From an uncultured virus (IMG/VR IMGVR_UViG_3300032138_000963) (Duplodnaviria > Heunggongvirae > Uroviricota > Caudoviricetes): a stretch of 64,000 nucleotides of DNA. This document shows positions 1 to 8,794 of the stretch, in pieces. The notes beneath the pieces were generated by a model. It was not told the origin of the DNA, did no database searches, and saw nothing but the letters and a program-made list of their open reading frames with translations. The position numbers and the translations under genes were made by a program. Position 1 is the first letter of the stretch. Every line of letters starts with the position of its first letter. The stretch lies in the IMG/VR virus record IMGVR_UViG_3300032138_000963. One strand, written 5' to 3'.

Positions 1-70
1 GGGCATCGACCCTGAGCATCTCGAATATGGCCGGTTCCCCGGGCTGCGGGGCGGCCGGAGGACGATCTAA
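1..70 (+). CDS. 3' end of a CDS truncated by the window edge
   Basis: Frame 2 is open (GIDPEHLEYGRFPGLRGGRRTI*) and its TAA overlaps the ATG at 70. Confidence 0.4.
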   Translation, partial: GIDPEHLEYGRFPGLRGGRRTI

Positions 71-924
71 TGACGTGGAGAACTGCCAGGCAATACACGC
101 GAACTGGCGGGACCTTCGCGGCTACCAGCTCGGCGCCGCCGCCTGCCACAGCAGCGCCAAAGCGAGCCTCGATCGCTCCATCGCCACCAAGCTCGAGTGT
201 TCCGACGCCTCGACCTACACCCACGCCGACGCCGACACCTCCGTCGAGCTTCGTCCCGGGGCCATCGTATCCGAGCTTCGATCCACCTGGGCCAAGTGTC
301 GGATACCACCCGAAGTCCCCGGACCTGACCTATCATCCTCCCGGTCCCGGCATCGGCCTGCGTCCCGGACCCGCCCCCGCGCTCGGTCGCCCGGGTGAGC
401 TTCCTGGAAATCACGGAGGCTGGAAAAACGACAGCTGCTACGCGCAGGGGAGCAAGGGGTGGAAGCCCGACATCATGTCGCTCGGGGACGCGCACAACTG
501 TCCTGGCGAGAAGGGGCCGCAGGGGCCCCCGCGTCCGCCCAACATCAGCGGTGATCCAGCGGGCTACAACACTCGCACATTCCGCGACGAAGACAACGTC
601 GGACACGCGCTGCAATATCTCGGCTACCAAAGCCCGGACGGCAACGCGATGATTCGTCGCTTCCAGCGCCACTGGAACCTGGTGATCTCCCGCCTTGCCA
701 CCGTGCCGGATCGGTACCGCAATATCCAATTCGCTCATATTCCGCAGGGCAACCTGCGCGTCGATGGGCAAATCGGACCACACACACTCAACGCCCTCGA
801 GATCGCCATGGTCAACCAGCGCATGAGCCCGCAGCTCGCATGGCCCAACGTCATCGAGATGGTGATCACCGCCGGCAACGGCTACGGAAAGCAGCGGCTA
901 TACAACGCCGCCCAAGGGATGTGA
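70..924 (+). CDS. Pro-rich protein with C-terminal peptidoglycan-binding-like domain
   Basis: ALQYLGY...IRRFQRHWN...LRVDGQIGPHTLNAL resembles the PG_binding_1 pattern; PT/PS-rich N-terminus. Confidence 0.7.
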   Translation: MTWRTARQYTRTGGTFAATSSAPPPATAAPKRASIAPSPPSSSVPTPRPTPTPTPTPPSSFVPGPSYPSFDPPGPSVGYHPKSPDLTYHPPGPGIGLRPGPAPALGRPGELPGNHGGWKNDSCYAQGSKGWKPDIMSLGDAHNCPGEKGPQGPPRPPNISGDPAGYNTRTFRDEDNVGHALQYLGYQSPDGNAMIRRFQRHWNLVISRLATVPDRYRNIQFAHIPQGNLRVDGQIGPHTLNALEIAMVNQRMSPQLAWPNVIEMVITAGNGYGKQRLYNAAQGM

Positions 925-927
925 GCC

Positions 928-1545
928 ATGCCCGCGCCACCAAATCTCAGCAAAGACGCCAAGGGGTTCAACACCTCGATGTTCAAGAGCGACCGCGCTG
1001 TACGGCGGGGCTTTCGTCTCCTTGGCTACGGCGTGAGCAATCGGTTCCACAAGGTTCCGGGCGATACCGTTCGTCAGTTTCAGCGCGACTACAACAAGTG
1101 CGCAGATCGATTCGGGCGCTGGGGCAAGGTGAAGGTCACCGGCAAGCTCAACAAGGACACGCTCAACGCTCTCGAGCACGCCATCCGATGGTCGAAGAAG
1201 CTGGAGAATACGCAGGGCACTCCGAGTGCACGGTCGTGGCAGTCGCTTTGCGCGAGCCGAAGGAACGCCTGCCTGGATCCTCCAAGTGGGAAGGGCAAGA
1301 CCCGCGCCTACGCGCAGGCTGAAGCTGAATTGCCCGAAGCGCGCGGGACGAACTTCGTCGAGGTGCTGACGAATGGCTCCGGAAAGCTTCGGAACATCCA
1401 CACTGACCATGCGCTCCGGTGCAACATTCTCGCCTTCGAGCGACACGGGGACACCGTGCTCGCCGTCGTCGAGATTCCGCCGCAGGGAGATCTTCCCGGA
1501 GGGCGACCTGATTCCATCACATGTCCGTGCGTCTTCGCGCGGTAG
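928..1545 (+). CDS. Protein with peptidoglycan-binding-like domain
   Basis: RLLGY...VRQFQRDYN...KVTGKLNKDTLNALE; similar to the domain in 70..924. Confidence 0.65.
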   Translation: MPAPPNLSKDAKGFNTSMFKSDRAVRRGFRLLGYGVSNRFHKVPGDTVRQFQRDYNKCADRFGRWGKVKVTGKLNKDTLNALEHAIRWSKKLENTQGTPSARSWQSLCASRRNACLDPPSGKGKTRAYAQAEAELPEARGTNFVEVLTNGSGKLRNIHTDHALRCNILAFERHGDTVLAVVEIPPQGDLPGGRPDSITCPCVFAR

Positions 1546-1555
1546 GAGAAAAACC

Positions 1556-1894
1556 ATGACACGACGACACGGACGATACGGGCGAAAATTCAATCGGGCT
1601 CGGATGAGCCTCCCAAAGAGGCGGGCTCTCCCAAAGAGACACGCTGCCCCCGCCTGGCTTACGATGTGCGCGAAAATTTGGAATACGCGACCGAAGCACT
1701 TCCCGTCTAACCCGAGCCCATATCGGTGGTACAGGCAAGCGAATCCCTTGCAGAAGCTTTCGGACTGGCTCACCAACGTCGTCTACTGGACGCATAAGCC
1801 GAAGAGTTATCCGATCAAGATCGGGCCAGCCGACAAAGCGGCTGCGAACCTGTGGCTAAGCATCAACAAGTGCGTGCTGCAGCATAAGCCGTAG
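1556..1894 (+). CDS. Basic hypothetical protein
   Basis: AGGAG SD upstream of ATG 1556; starts MTRRHGRYGRKFNRA. Confidence 0.7.
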   Translation: MTRRHGRYGRKFNRARMSLPKRRALPKRHAAPAWLTMCAKIWNTRPKHFPSNPSPYRWYRQANPLQKLSDWLTNVVYWTHKPKSYPIKIGPADKAAANLWLSINKCVLQHKP

Positions 1895-1902
1895 GCTGAG
1901 AG

Positions 1903-3618
1903 ATGTCGGTCGATTCCCTCCGATTGCTCCTCGACCAGATGCGCGCGTCGTATCAGGTCTACCGCGACAGTCACTGGACTGTTGAGGGGAGCTATGGGAA
2001 TCACCTTTTGCTCGAGCGGATCTACACCGAAACCGCCAAGCAGATCGACGCGCTCGCTGAGATGATGGTTGGAACCTTCGGGCCGGACATCATCCATGGA
2101 TATCGAAGCGACACTGGAAAGTGGGTGAATTCGTTCACTTGCCCATCGAGCCCGATGGAGAGTTCGCTGCACGCTGCCCGCGAAGTTCGCTCGAGCATCG
2201 ACTCTGCCTACGACTCGATGGAGAAGTCGGGGAAGCTCGGCCGCGGGTGGGACGACCTTTTGATGTCGATGGCGCAGGAAAAGGACGAGCACATTTACTT
2301 GCTCCAGCAGGCGACGAGATCGCCGGCCAAGCATTCCGAGGGGGATCAGCCTCGCGTCTATGGCGCTCGAGGCGGAGGCAGGGGTGCCGGCGGCGGTCGT
2401 GGCTCAGGAGGGGCTGGACCACGCGGAGGCGGTCCAGCAGGCCCCGGCGGCCGACGCCCAGGTCGCCGACACCCTGGCGGTGGTCCAGGGATGGGGCGCG
2501 GACGCGGCCGCCGCCGCCGGCACCGGCGCCATGGGATCAACGTCTACCCGTATTGGAACCTTCCATACGACGTGTACTACCCGGTCTACTATCCGGCGTA
2601 CGAAGAGGTCGTTCCGACGGTTGAAAGCGTCACCCCTCATTTCGACGGGTCTACAGCTGTCATTATCCTTCAGGGATATGGCTTCAATGCGATCCCAGGA
2701 AACAGCGTGCATGCGGAATGGTCCGCAGGTGGTTCAAAGCCGATTGTGCAAGCTGCTCCAATCACGAACAGAAACGATCAATCACTCGAGATTCGCATTT
2801 CGTTCCCTGGTGGCGCGCCAGATGGTTTGGAGATTCTCGGCGTCGCCTATTCCACGAACTACGGCGAATTGGTACTATTGACGGGGCCCTTTTCAATGGC
2901 AAAGCGACGAAAACGATTTGCGCAGACATCGTCTGCACCTGCTCCTCGGGCGCCTCGAGCAAGCGTTTCGCCACGTCCATCGGCGCCGCCTCCCTCAAGT
3001 CGGCCTCCCTCAAGTCGGCCGCCGTCGGTCGGATTCGACCCGACGCCAGACATTCCTGGAGCGACCCCACTTCCGCATCCCGGTGACATTCCCGGATTCC
3101 AGTACCAGCCCGGATATGGATCCGCGATGGCGCCAGGCGCCGCGTCGACCTCCATGGAGCCGAGCAAGATGGAGTACATGATGCCTCCGAATCGAATGCT
3201 CGAGCCTCATCGGTCGGGAATCTTGCATCGTCAGCTCGGCCACCAAACAGGCCGCCGATTCGGTGTCCCCGGATTCGTACCCGGCCAGCCTGGATGGGGC
3301 GGACAAGCGGGCGTCGCTCAATCGCCTCACCCAACCCGAGGGATGAGCAGCGCCCCAGTTGACCGCACATTCGGCCCCGGTCTCTCCGCGGGCCAGGGTG
3401 GCGTTCAGACATTCGCCGCCGGCGGCGGTCCCATGGCTGTCCAAACCTACGGAAGCCTCGGCTACGCAAGCATGGGCGACGGGAGTATGGATATGGCCTC
3501 GCGCGGGAGTATCCAGCGGCGATATTCCCAAGCGGACCACGGGATTGAAGAGATCACCGTAACCGCTCAAAAGCGATTCAAGAGCATCAAGAAAAAGGTG
3601 AGGAGCTTTCTGCGATGA
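1903..3618 (+). CDS. Dps/ferritin-like domain fused to Gly/Arg-rich, beta-rich and Pro-rich segments
   Basis: SHWTVEG..GNHLLLERIY....IDALAE matches the Dps ferroxidase signature HW..G...H...E......D..AE. Confidence 0.75.
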   Translation: MSVDSLRLLLDQMRASYQVYRDSHWTVEGSYGNHLLLERIYTETAKQIDALAEMMVGTFGPDIIHGYRSDTGKWVNSFTCPSSPMESSLHAAREVRSSIDSAYDSMEKSGKLGRGWDDLLMSMAQEKDEHIYLLQQATRSPAKHSEGDQPRVYGARGGGRGAGGGRGSGGAGPRGGGPAGPGGRRPGRRHPGGGPGMGRGRGRRRRHRRHGINVYPYWNLPYDVYYPVYYPAYEEVVPTVESVTPHFDGSTAVIILQGYGFNAIPGNSVHAEWSAGGSKPIVQAAPITNRNDQSLEIRISFPGGAPDGLEILGVAYSTNYGELVLLTGPFSMAKRRKRFAQTSSAPAPRAPRASVSPRPSAPPPSSRPPSSRPPSVGFDPTPDIPGATPLPHPGDIPGFQYQPGYGSAMAPGAASTSMEPSKMEYMMPPNRMLEPHRSGILHRQLGHQTGRRFGVPGFVPGQPGWGGQAGVAQSPHPTRGMSSAPVDRTFGPGLSAGQGGVQTFAAGGGPMAVQTYGSLGYASMGDGSMDMASRGSIQRRYSQADHGIEEITVTAQKRFKSIKKKVRSFLR

Positions 3619-3963
3619 CTATCAAAACTGGAAGAGCAGGTCGTCGATACTCTCGAGCAGGCATCGCGCCGATGCCCGCCACCCACGTTGGCGATTCGGA
3701 TTGCTGCATCAATGCGGGATGCGAGGCAGGCCTCTCTCCTTGCGGATACGTCGGAGCCGGCTGTCCTACTGGATCCGACTGGTGCGGCACGAATCCGGAT
3801 GGCACAGCGATGTGCTGCAGCAAGGATCCTCTTCCCGGTCAGGTTGCCACAAGGAAAAGGAAGCGCCGCCGAAAGCGGAGGCCTTTGAAACGTCAGGTCA
3901 GGAGCTTTCTACGATGACGCACAAAACCGGAAGACTTGGTCGCCGATATTCTCGTGCAGGCAT
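3595..3963 (+). repeat. Imperfect ~70-bp direct repeat spanning two consecutive gene junctions (3595-3664 and 3894-3963)
   Basis: aggtgaggagctttctgcgatgactatcaaaactggaagagcaggtcgtcgatactctcgagcaggcat vs aggtcaggagctttctacgatgacgcacaaaaccggaagacttggtcgccgatattctcgtgcaggcat. Confidence 0.85.
3615..3917 (+). CDS. Small Cys-rich basic protein
   Basis: ATGA overlap with the upstream gene; 8 Cys; Arg/Lys-rich C-terminus ending VRSFLR. Confidence 0.7.
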   Translation: MTIKTGRAGRRYSRAGIAPMPATHVGDSDCCINAGCEAGLSPCGYVGAGCPTGSDWCGTNPDGTAMCCSKDPLPGQVATRKRKRRRKRRPLKRQVRSFLR

Positions 3964-4261
3964 GGGGGACCCTCGCGGCACCTGGGGCTCCGGCGTGCCT
4001 GCGAGCGCTGGCTTCATGCCTGAGCAGCAGCCGATCCTCGAAGGCGATGGCTACGTGTTCGCGGGGCCACGTCCAGCATCATCAGGGGTCTACGATGATG
4101 CTGATGTGTCTCAGGTGAGCGTGGGACGTCGATACGGCGTCAACACTCGTCCGCAGATTCAAATCCCGCAGATTCGTCCGGCTTCATCATTCAAGCCGGG
4201 AATGAAGCTTTCGCGCCAAGGCGCGCAGCGTACTCGAGGGGCACCGCGCAGGAATCGATAA
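3914..4261 (+). CDS. Small basic protein sharing its N-terminus with 3615..3917
   Basis: ATGA overlap; MTHKTGRLGRRYSRAG vs MTIKTGRAGRRYSRAG. Confidence 0.7.
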   Translation: MTHKTGRLGRRYSRAGMGDPRGTWGSGVPASAGFMPEQQPILEGDGYVFAGPRPASSGVYDDADVSQVSVGRRYGVNTRPQIQIPQIRPASSFKPGMKLSRQGAQRTRGAPRRNR

Positions 4262-4650
4262 TGGCTGAAAAGGACAAGGTTCAGCCCGCAGTACTTGCCG
4301 CCGGCCTCGTGGTCGTTGGCGGAATCGTGCTGTTTTCGATGCGGAAGAAGAGTCGCTGCGAAAAGCTTCCGGACATCTACGCGGAAGAGGGCCCGCTGCA
4401 CCTCACGCAGGAATCGCAAGACAGAGCCTACGAGGCAGCACAGTACAAGCTCCGTGAGTATATGCTCGCCGGCGAGACCTACAAGTTCGATGACGTGGTG
4501 CTGCATGTTGCGGACGAGCTTCGAGATTGCGCATGGGAGAAGCTCAAGACTGACGAGCAAAAAGCTGTGTGGTCTGGTATCAAGCACATCGTCAACGAAG
4601 TGAATCAGCGAGCAAAGGCTGATCAGGACGCATTCCTGAAATCCTTCTGA
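4261..4650 (+). CDS. Membrane-anchored protein (anchor + basic tract family)
   Basis: AVLAAGLVVVGGIVLFSM followed by RKKSR. Confidence 0.75.
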   Translation: MAEKDKVQPAVLAAGLVVVGGIVLFSMRKKSRCEKLPDIYAEEGPLHLTQESQDRAYEAAQYKLREYMLAGETYKFDDVVLHVADELRDCAWEKLKTDEQKAVWSGIKHIVNEVNQRAKADQDAFLKSF

Positions 4651-4662
4651 GGTTCAAAACCC

Positions 4663-5463
4663 ATGGCATCCAAACAGGGCACACTTCTCCTTCTCGCCGG
4701 CGCGGGCGCTTTGCTGCTCATGTCCGGCAAGAAGAAGAGAAGTCGCAAGGGCTCCGAGTCCAAGGATGATGCGGCGAAGACTCCTGATAGCCATCAGGAC
4801 GATCTCGACGACGAGGATGAGATCTTCGAGTCCGACGAGGATGCGGCTCCGCCGTCCCCTGCGGAGCCCGAAGACCATTCGGCCGCGGCTGTCCTTGCGA
4901 GGAATATGGACCCGGATGGTCGCGCGCAGCTTGGTATGCTGTACCAGATCAAGCAGGGGGACACGCCGCTCGAGATCTGCAGGGAGGCTCTGTTCGGTTC
5001 GCGTGACCCAGTCGTCGGCCCCGGACTGCGCCAGGCCGCCAAGGACCTGCTCGTTCGGATCGATTGTGGTCCATGGAACCAGGCTCTCTACGGTTTGCCG
5101 CTTGCAGATCTGAAGGAAGGCCACGCGAACATCGACAGCTACTTCACGCAGCGCGGCGTTTCGTTCAATCCGGTCTACCAGAACAACCAAAAGCGCATCC
5201 TCAACGGCTTGCGGCCAACGTCTGATCCTGGTGGAAGCCTCGCGCTCATTTGGATTCCGATGATCGACTTGGATCGTCTCGACATGGAGGGCATCGTGAC
5301 GACCGAGGGGATGAACTACCCAGACACCGAGAGCGGTTTGGGCAGCAGCATGATCGATCCTCCTGAGGAGATTCTCGATCTGGAATTCGACGAGGTCTCC
5401 GCAGACGAAGTTGGGTGCGACCTTCCTGAAGGTGATTTCCGCCGCTCGGTAGTGGCCAACTGA
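4663..5463 (+). CDS. Membrane-anchored protein with LysM-like motif
   Basis: LLLLAGAGALLLMSGKKKR leader; YQIKQGDTPLEIC resembles the start of a LysM domain. Confidence 0.7.
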   Translation: MASKQGTLLLLAGAGALLLMSGKKKRSRKGSESKDDAAKTPDSHQDDLDDEDEIFESDEDAAPPSPAEPEDHSAAAVLARNMDPDGRAQLGMLYQIKQGDTPLEICREALFGSRDPVVGPGLRQAAKDLLVRIDCGPWNQALYGLPLADLKEGHANIDSYFTQRGVSFNPVYQNNQKRILNGLRPTSDPGGSLALIWIPMIDLDRLDMEGIVTTEGMNYPDTESGLGSSMIDPPEEILDLEFDEVSADEVGCDLPEGDFRRSVVAN

Positions 5464-5475
5464 ATTGGAAAGGAT

Positions 5476-5613
5476 GTGGCGAAGCGGAAAAAGAGGAAAT
5501 ACTCGAAGACTGGCCCGGTCGTCACAGCCCTCCATGACCAGTCGTCCGCCATCCTCTTCCTCTCTCTGGTCACAGCCATCGCCTACAAACGACTGAATCT
5601 CCCGAAGCATTGA
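5476..5613 (+). CDS. Small membrane protein (45 aa)
   Basis: GTG start after GGAAAGGA; MAKRKKRKYSKTGPVVTALHDQSSAILFLSLVTAIAYKRLNLPKH; fills the gap. Confidence 0.5.
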   Translation: MAKRKKRKYSKTGPVVTALHDQSSAILFLSLVTAIAYKRLNLPKH

Positions 5614-5657
5614 GCGCCAACGAAAGGAATGGTATTTTCAGCTTGGGAGAAGAGAGA

Positions 5658-6125
5658 ATGGCCGAACATGACACATCAGAACCAATCCTTGTTCTAGTAC
5701 GTCGCGGAAGGAAAAATCGCGGTTTTTCCGTGTCGCCTGTCGAGGATGTCTCAAACGCAGCTTCGTGCGCGGATGAAAAAGAAATCGGAGAAGTCATTGT
5801 CGAGATGCTCGACGATCCGAGGCAGCCTCGAGTCAACATCAACGAGCTTCTCGCCGCCGCGGCGGGCGCTCCGACGACACGGACCCCCGATGAAGATGAA
5901 GATGAAGACGAAGACGACGACGACGACGACTACGAGGATGACGACGGAGGCGGAAGTCCCATCGATGAAGTTCTCGGTGGAGAGGGTGACCTGGCAGACA
6001 AGGCTATTATCTGGGGCCTCTCGTCGCTTCTCAACAAGGGTCGAAACATGAGCAGCTCCAAGGTGACCGATACCGGATCTCGCAAGAAGAAAAAGAAGAA
6101 GAAAAAGAAGAAGAAGACGACGTAA
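5658..6125 (+). CDS. Hypothetical protein with acidic tract and C-terminal poly-Lys
   Basis: D/E run followed by 11 consecutive Lys; stop overlaps the next ATG. Confidence 0.7.
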   Translation: MAEHDTSEPILVLVRRGRKNRGFSVSPVEDVSNAASCADEKEIGEVIVEMLDDPRQPRVNINELLAAAAGAPTTRTPDEDEDEDEDDDDDDYEDDDGGGSPIDEVLGGEGDLADKAIIWGLSSLLNKGRNMSSSKVTDTGSRKKKKKKKKKKKTT

Positions 6126-6832
6126 TGGAACCAGTCACACTCGCACTAATCGCCCTCGGTGGCTACGCGGTCCTTGGAGGAAAGCGTAGCTCCAGTCGCG
6201 GCGTGCGTGCGAGTAGTGGATGGGCGGTTAAGGGGAAAGCTGACCGGGTTGCGAACCTCAATGAAATTCGCAGCATGTCGTTTCACTACTCCAACGAGTT
6301 CGGTTCGATGCCGCTGCTTGCCGATTATCTGACGGTGATCGGTTTCAGGGAGTCAAATTTCAACCCGGCTGCCGCCAACCCCGAAATCAAGACCAATCCC
6401 ATGAACGCCGCGCGTGGCCTATTCGGCATGCGACCAGAGACGGTCTTCAAGAAATCCAATGGTCTCGAGCACATGCGAGCGCATCCAAATGCGCTGCTGA
6501 ATCCGCGTTGGTCGTTTGTCTGCGCCGTGCACCACACCTGGCAGGCATGTGACACGGTTGCGCGCAAGCTCGGCACTGGAACCAACTACGTTGCCGTGCG
6601 ACGATGGTGGGGCTTGCCTAGCAAGGTGACCGACTTCGACCTCGATGAGGAATTTTCACGGGCGAGCTTGGCGAAGCTCGAAAAGGCTGTCATCGACGTC
6701 AACCGTGGGTACGGCACGAATATCGATCCAGACTTCATTTGGGCAACCATTCAAGGGTGGCAAAACTACCCAGGCATGGATGTGATGCTGCAGGTTTACG
6801 GGCTCGCCGGACAATCCCAGGCGGCCGCATAG
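6125..6832 (+). CDS. Membrane-anchored lytic transglycosylase (SLT-like)
   Basis: N-terminal TM; IGFRESNFNPAAAN...AARGLFGM matches SLT motifs I/II with the catalytic Glu. Confidence 0.7.
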   Translation: MEPVTLALIALGGYAVLGGKRSSSRGVRASSGWAVKGKADRVANLNEIRSMSFHYSNEFGSMPLLADYLTVIGFRESNFNPAAANPEIKTNPMNAARGLFGMRPETVFKKSNGLEHMRAHPNALLNPRWSFVCAVHHTWQACDTVARKLGTGTNYVAVRRWWGLPSKVTDFDLDEEFSRASLAKLEKAVIDVNRGYGTNIDPDFIWATIQGWQNYPGMDVMLQVYGLAGQSQAAA

Positions 6833-6841
6833 GAGTTCACG

Positions 6842-7582
6842 ATGGCAGGTCCACTACCACTATTGCTCGCCGGCGGCGCCGCCTTGGTCCTTCTCGGAGG
6901 CAAGAAGAAGTCGAAGCCGAAGCGAAAGTCGCTTGCAGGTCAGCCTTGTGAAGCTGATGCTGCAGCTCCTGATGGGATGATCTGTAGGGGTGGAATTCTC
7001 CATCCGGAGATCATCGACGAATCGATGCTCGAAAAGTACGAGGAACCGACCGGTGAAGAGGCCGGGGACTTCGAGACAAAAGAGGAAGATGTGTCTTTGA
7101 CGGCTGAAGAAGAGCCCGGTCAGGTGACCCTGCAGTCGGATGAGGCTGTAGATCCTGCCACCATGTGCGACGAATTTCTGCAGGCGATCCACGTCGTCCC
7201 GACAGAGGCTGGCGAGATCGCCATCAACAAGGTGGCGGTCGAGCAGACAGCCATCCCAACGATGAAGGCGGTCATGCTCGGTATCCACCAAAACCTCGGC
7301 GGAAAAACGGTGGACGCCGAATCGGTTGGTCCTGTCATGGTCACATCCGCACTCCAAGAGCTGGTTCCGGTTTGCGACTGGAAGTTCGACGACGACGAGT
7401 TTACATTCAGCGATGGGATGACGATTCAAAGCGCGGCCGGCAAGGACGTGCTCTACGGCCTCATGCAGCTTTCGGTTCAACTCATCGACGACTTCAATGA
7501 GAGCCAGCAAGAGGATCTGCCGAAGGCGAGCTTTCAGCCTGCCGAAGTTCCAAAAGCAAAACCAGGATTCATAGGAGGCTAA
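6842..7582 (+). CDS. Membrane-anchored protein (LPL..AGGAALLLLGGKKK family)
   Basis: Starts MAGPLPLLLAGGAALVLLGGKKKSKPKRK. Confidence 0.8.
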   Translation: MAGPLPLLLAGGAALVLLGGKKKSKPKRKSLAGQPCEADAAAPDGMICRGGILHPEIIDESMLEKYEEPTGEEAGDFETKEEDVSLTAEEEPGQVTLQSDEAVDPATMCDEFLQAIHVVPTEAGEIAINKVAVEQTAIPTMKAVMLGIHQNLGGKTVDAESVGPVMVTSALQELVPVCDWKFDDDEFTFSDGMTIQSAAGKDVLYGLMQLSVQLIDDFNESQQEDLPKASFQPAEVPKAKPGFIGG

Positions 7583-7588
7583 AGCGCC

Positions 7589-7762
7589 ATGGCTAAATCG
7601 ACAAAAGATGATGAAGCGACCAACAAGCTCCTGTGGATTGCCGGCGGCGCCGCTGTCACGGCGTTCGCCATGTACTACGTCAACAAGTCCCTCAATGAGC
7701 GTGAGGAGCTGAAGCGACTGAAGTACGCTGAGAGCCGTCAGCTCAAGGAGGGCAGCGATTAG
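7589..7762 (+). CDS. Small membrane protein (57 aa)
   Basis: GGAGG upstream; LLWIAGGAAVTAFAMYYV TM; fills the gap. Confidence 0.65.
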   Translation: MAKSTKDDEATNKLLWIAGGAAVTAFAMYYVNKSLNEREELKRLKYAESRQLKEGSD

Positions 7763-8313
7763 TGGAGGCGCTGCCGCCAGCGGGGGACGACGCCCTCGGG
7801 CCCGAAGACAGGGCTCTCGTTGCGTTTGGTGAGGCCTGGGGCCGCAGCGAGGAGCTGCACTCGGTGGTCACTCGCCTACCTGGCGAGCTTGTGCTCAAGT
7901 CCGGCCTCTCGGCCAGGCGCAAGAGCCTGCTCGAGCGATGGGACGCCCTCGATTCACCTGAACTTGATGGCTCGCTTCCGGACGGAGCCATAGAGGCGCT
8001 CGGAAAGTGGAATCACGATGCGGAGGTTTTGATCTCCTACGTCGTGCGACTTGGCCGAGAGTCTCGGGAGCCATATCGCGCGCCTGATGGCAGGGTGTAT
8101 TCGGCGCCTCCGACGGATCCGGAAGATCTTCCGCAGGTCATCGATTCGATCGGTGAGGCGGAATTCATCGACGACGATTGGTGTTGGCCATGGCCGGATC
8201 GTCCCGCCATCGCCGCCACAAAACCAAAATGGGATAAGGGGAAGCTTGTCAAATTCGGGGTCGTTGCTGGCCTCGGAGTGATGGCGCTTGTGACTTATCT
8301 GGACGAGGATTGA
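7762..8313 (+). CDS. Protein with C-terminal transmembrane anchor
   Basis: C-terminal FGVVAGLGVMALVTYL. Confidence 0.7.
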   Translation: MEALPPAGDDALGPEDRALVAFGEAWGRSEELHSVVTRLPGELVLKSGLSARRKSLLERWDALDSPELDGSLPDGAIEALGKWNHDAEVLISYVVRLGRESREPYRAPDGRVYSAPPTDPEDLPQVIDSIGEAEFIDDDWCWPWPDRPAIAATKPKWDKGKLVKFGVVAGLGVMALVTYLDED

Positions 8314-8317
8314 ATCG

Positions 8318-8770
8318 ATGCCTGTGAATCTTCTACCCATCATCGTTGTCGGCGGCGCAGTTTTGCTTCTCGGAAAGAAGAAGAAGCGAACGACCAAAAA
8401 CGGCAACGGAAAAGCGCTTCCAGCAGCGAACGGTCGGGGTACTATTTTCGAGGGCGACACAGACAATCGCCCAAGCGGTATTCGCGCCAAGGTTGGGGAG
8501 CGGTTTTCTGTGACGTTCTTCTCCAATCCGTCCACGCCGGCAGATTGGAAGCTCAACGCCTCCCCGCCCGATAACTCCGTCAAACACGTCAAGACCGAGC
8601 AAGACCAAGTCGAAATCGAGGGTGTCGGCGGAGCTACCGGGAAGAACGTCTACATTTTCGAGGGCGCAAAACCTGGAAAGGGATCCCTCGTTTTCCACCT
8701 ACAAGCACCCTGGCTCGAAGGAAAAGAGCCGCCCGCAGAAATCGTCGAGATTCTCACCGAAATCTCGTAG
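8318..8770 (+). CDS. Membrane-anchored chagasin/ICP (Inhibitor I42)-like protein
   Basis: Family leader, then KVGERFSVTFFSNPSTPADW...GVGGATG...IFEGAKPGKGSLVFHLQAPW, resembling the NPTTGYxW / GxGG / RPW loops. Confidence 0.65.
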   Translation: MPVNLLPIIVVGGAVLLLGKKKKRTTKNGNGKALPAANGRGTIFEGDTDNRPSGIRAKVGERFSVTFFSNPSTPADWKLNASPPDNSVKHVKTEQDQVEIEGVGGATGKNVYIFEGAKPGKGSLVFHLQAPWLEGKEPPAEIVEILTEIS

Positions 8771-8794
8771 AATACACTTCGCAGGAGATCTCAA

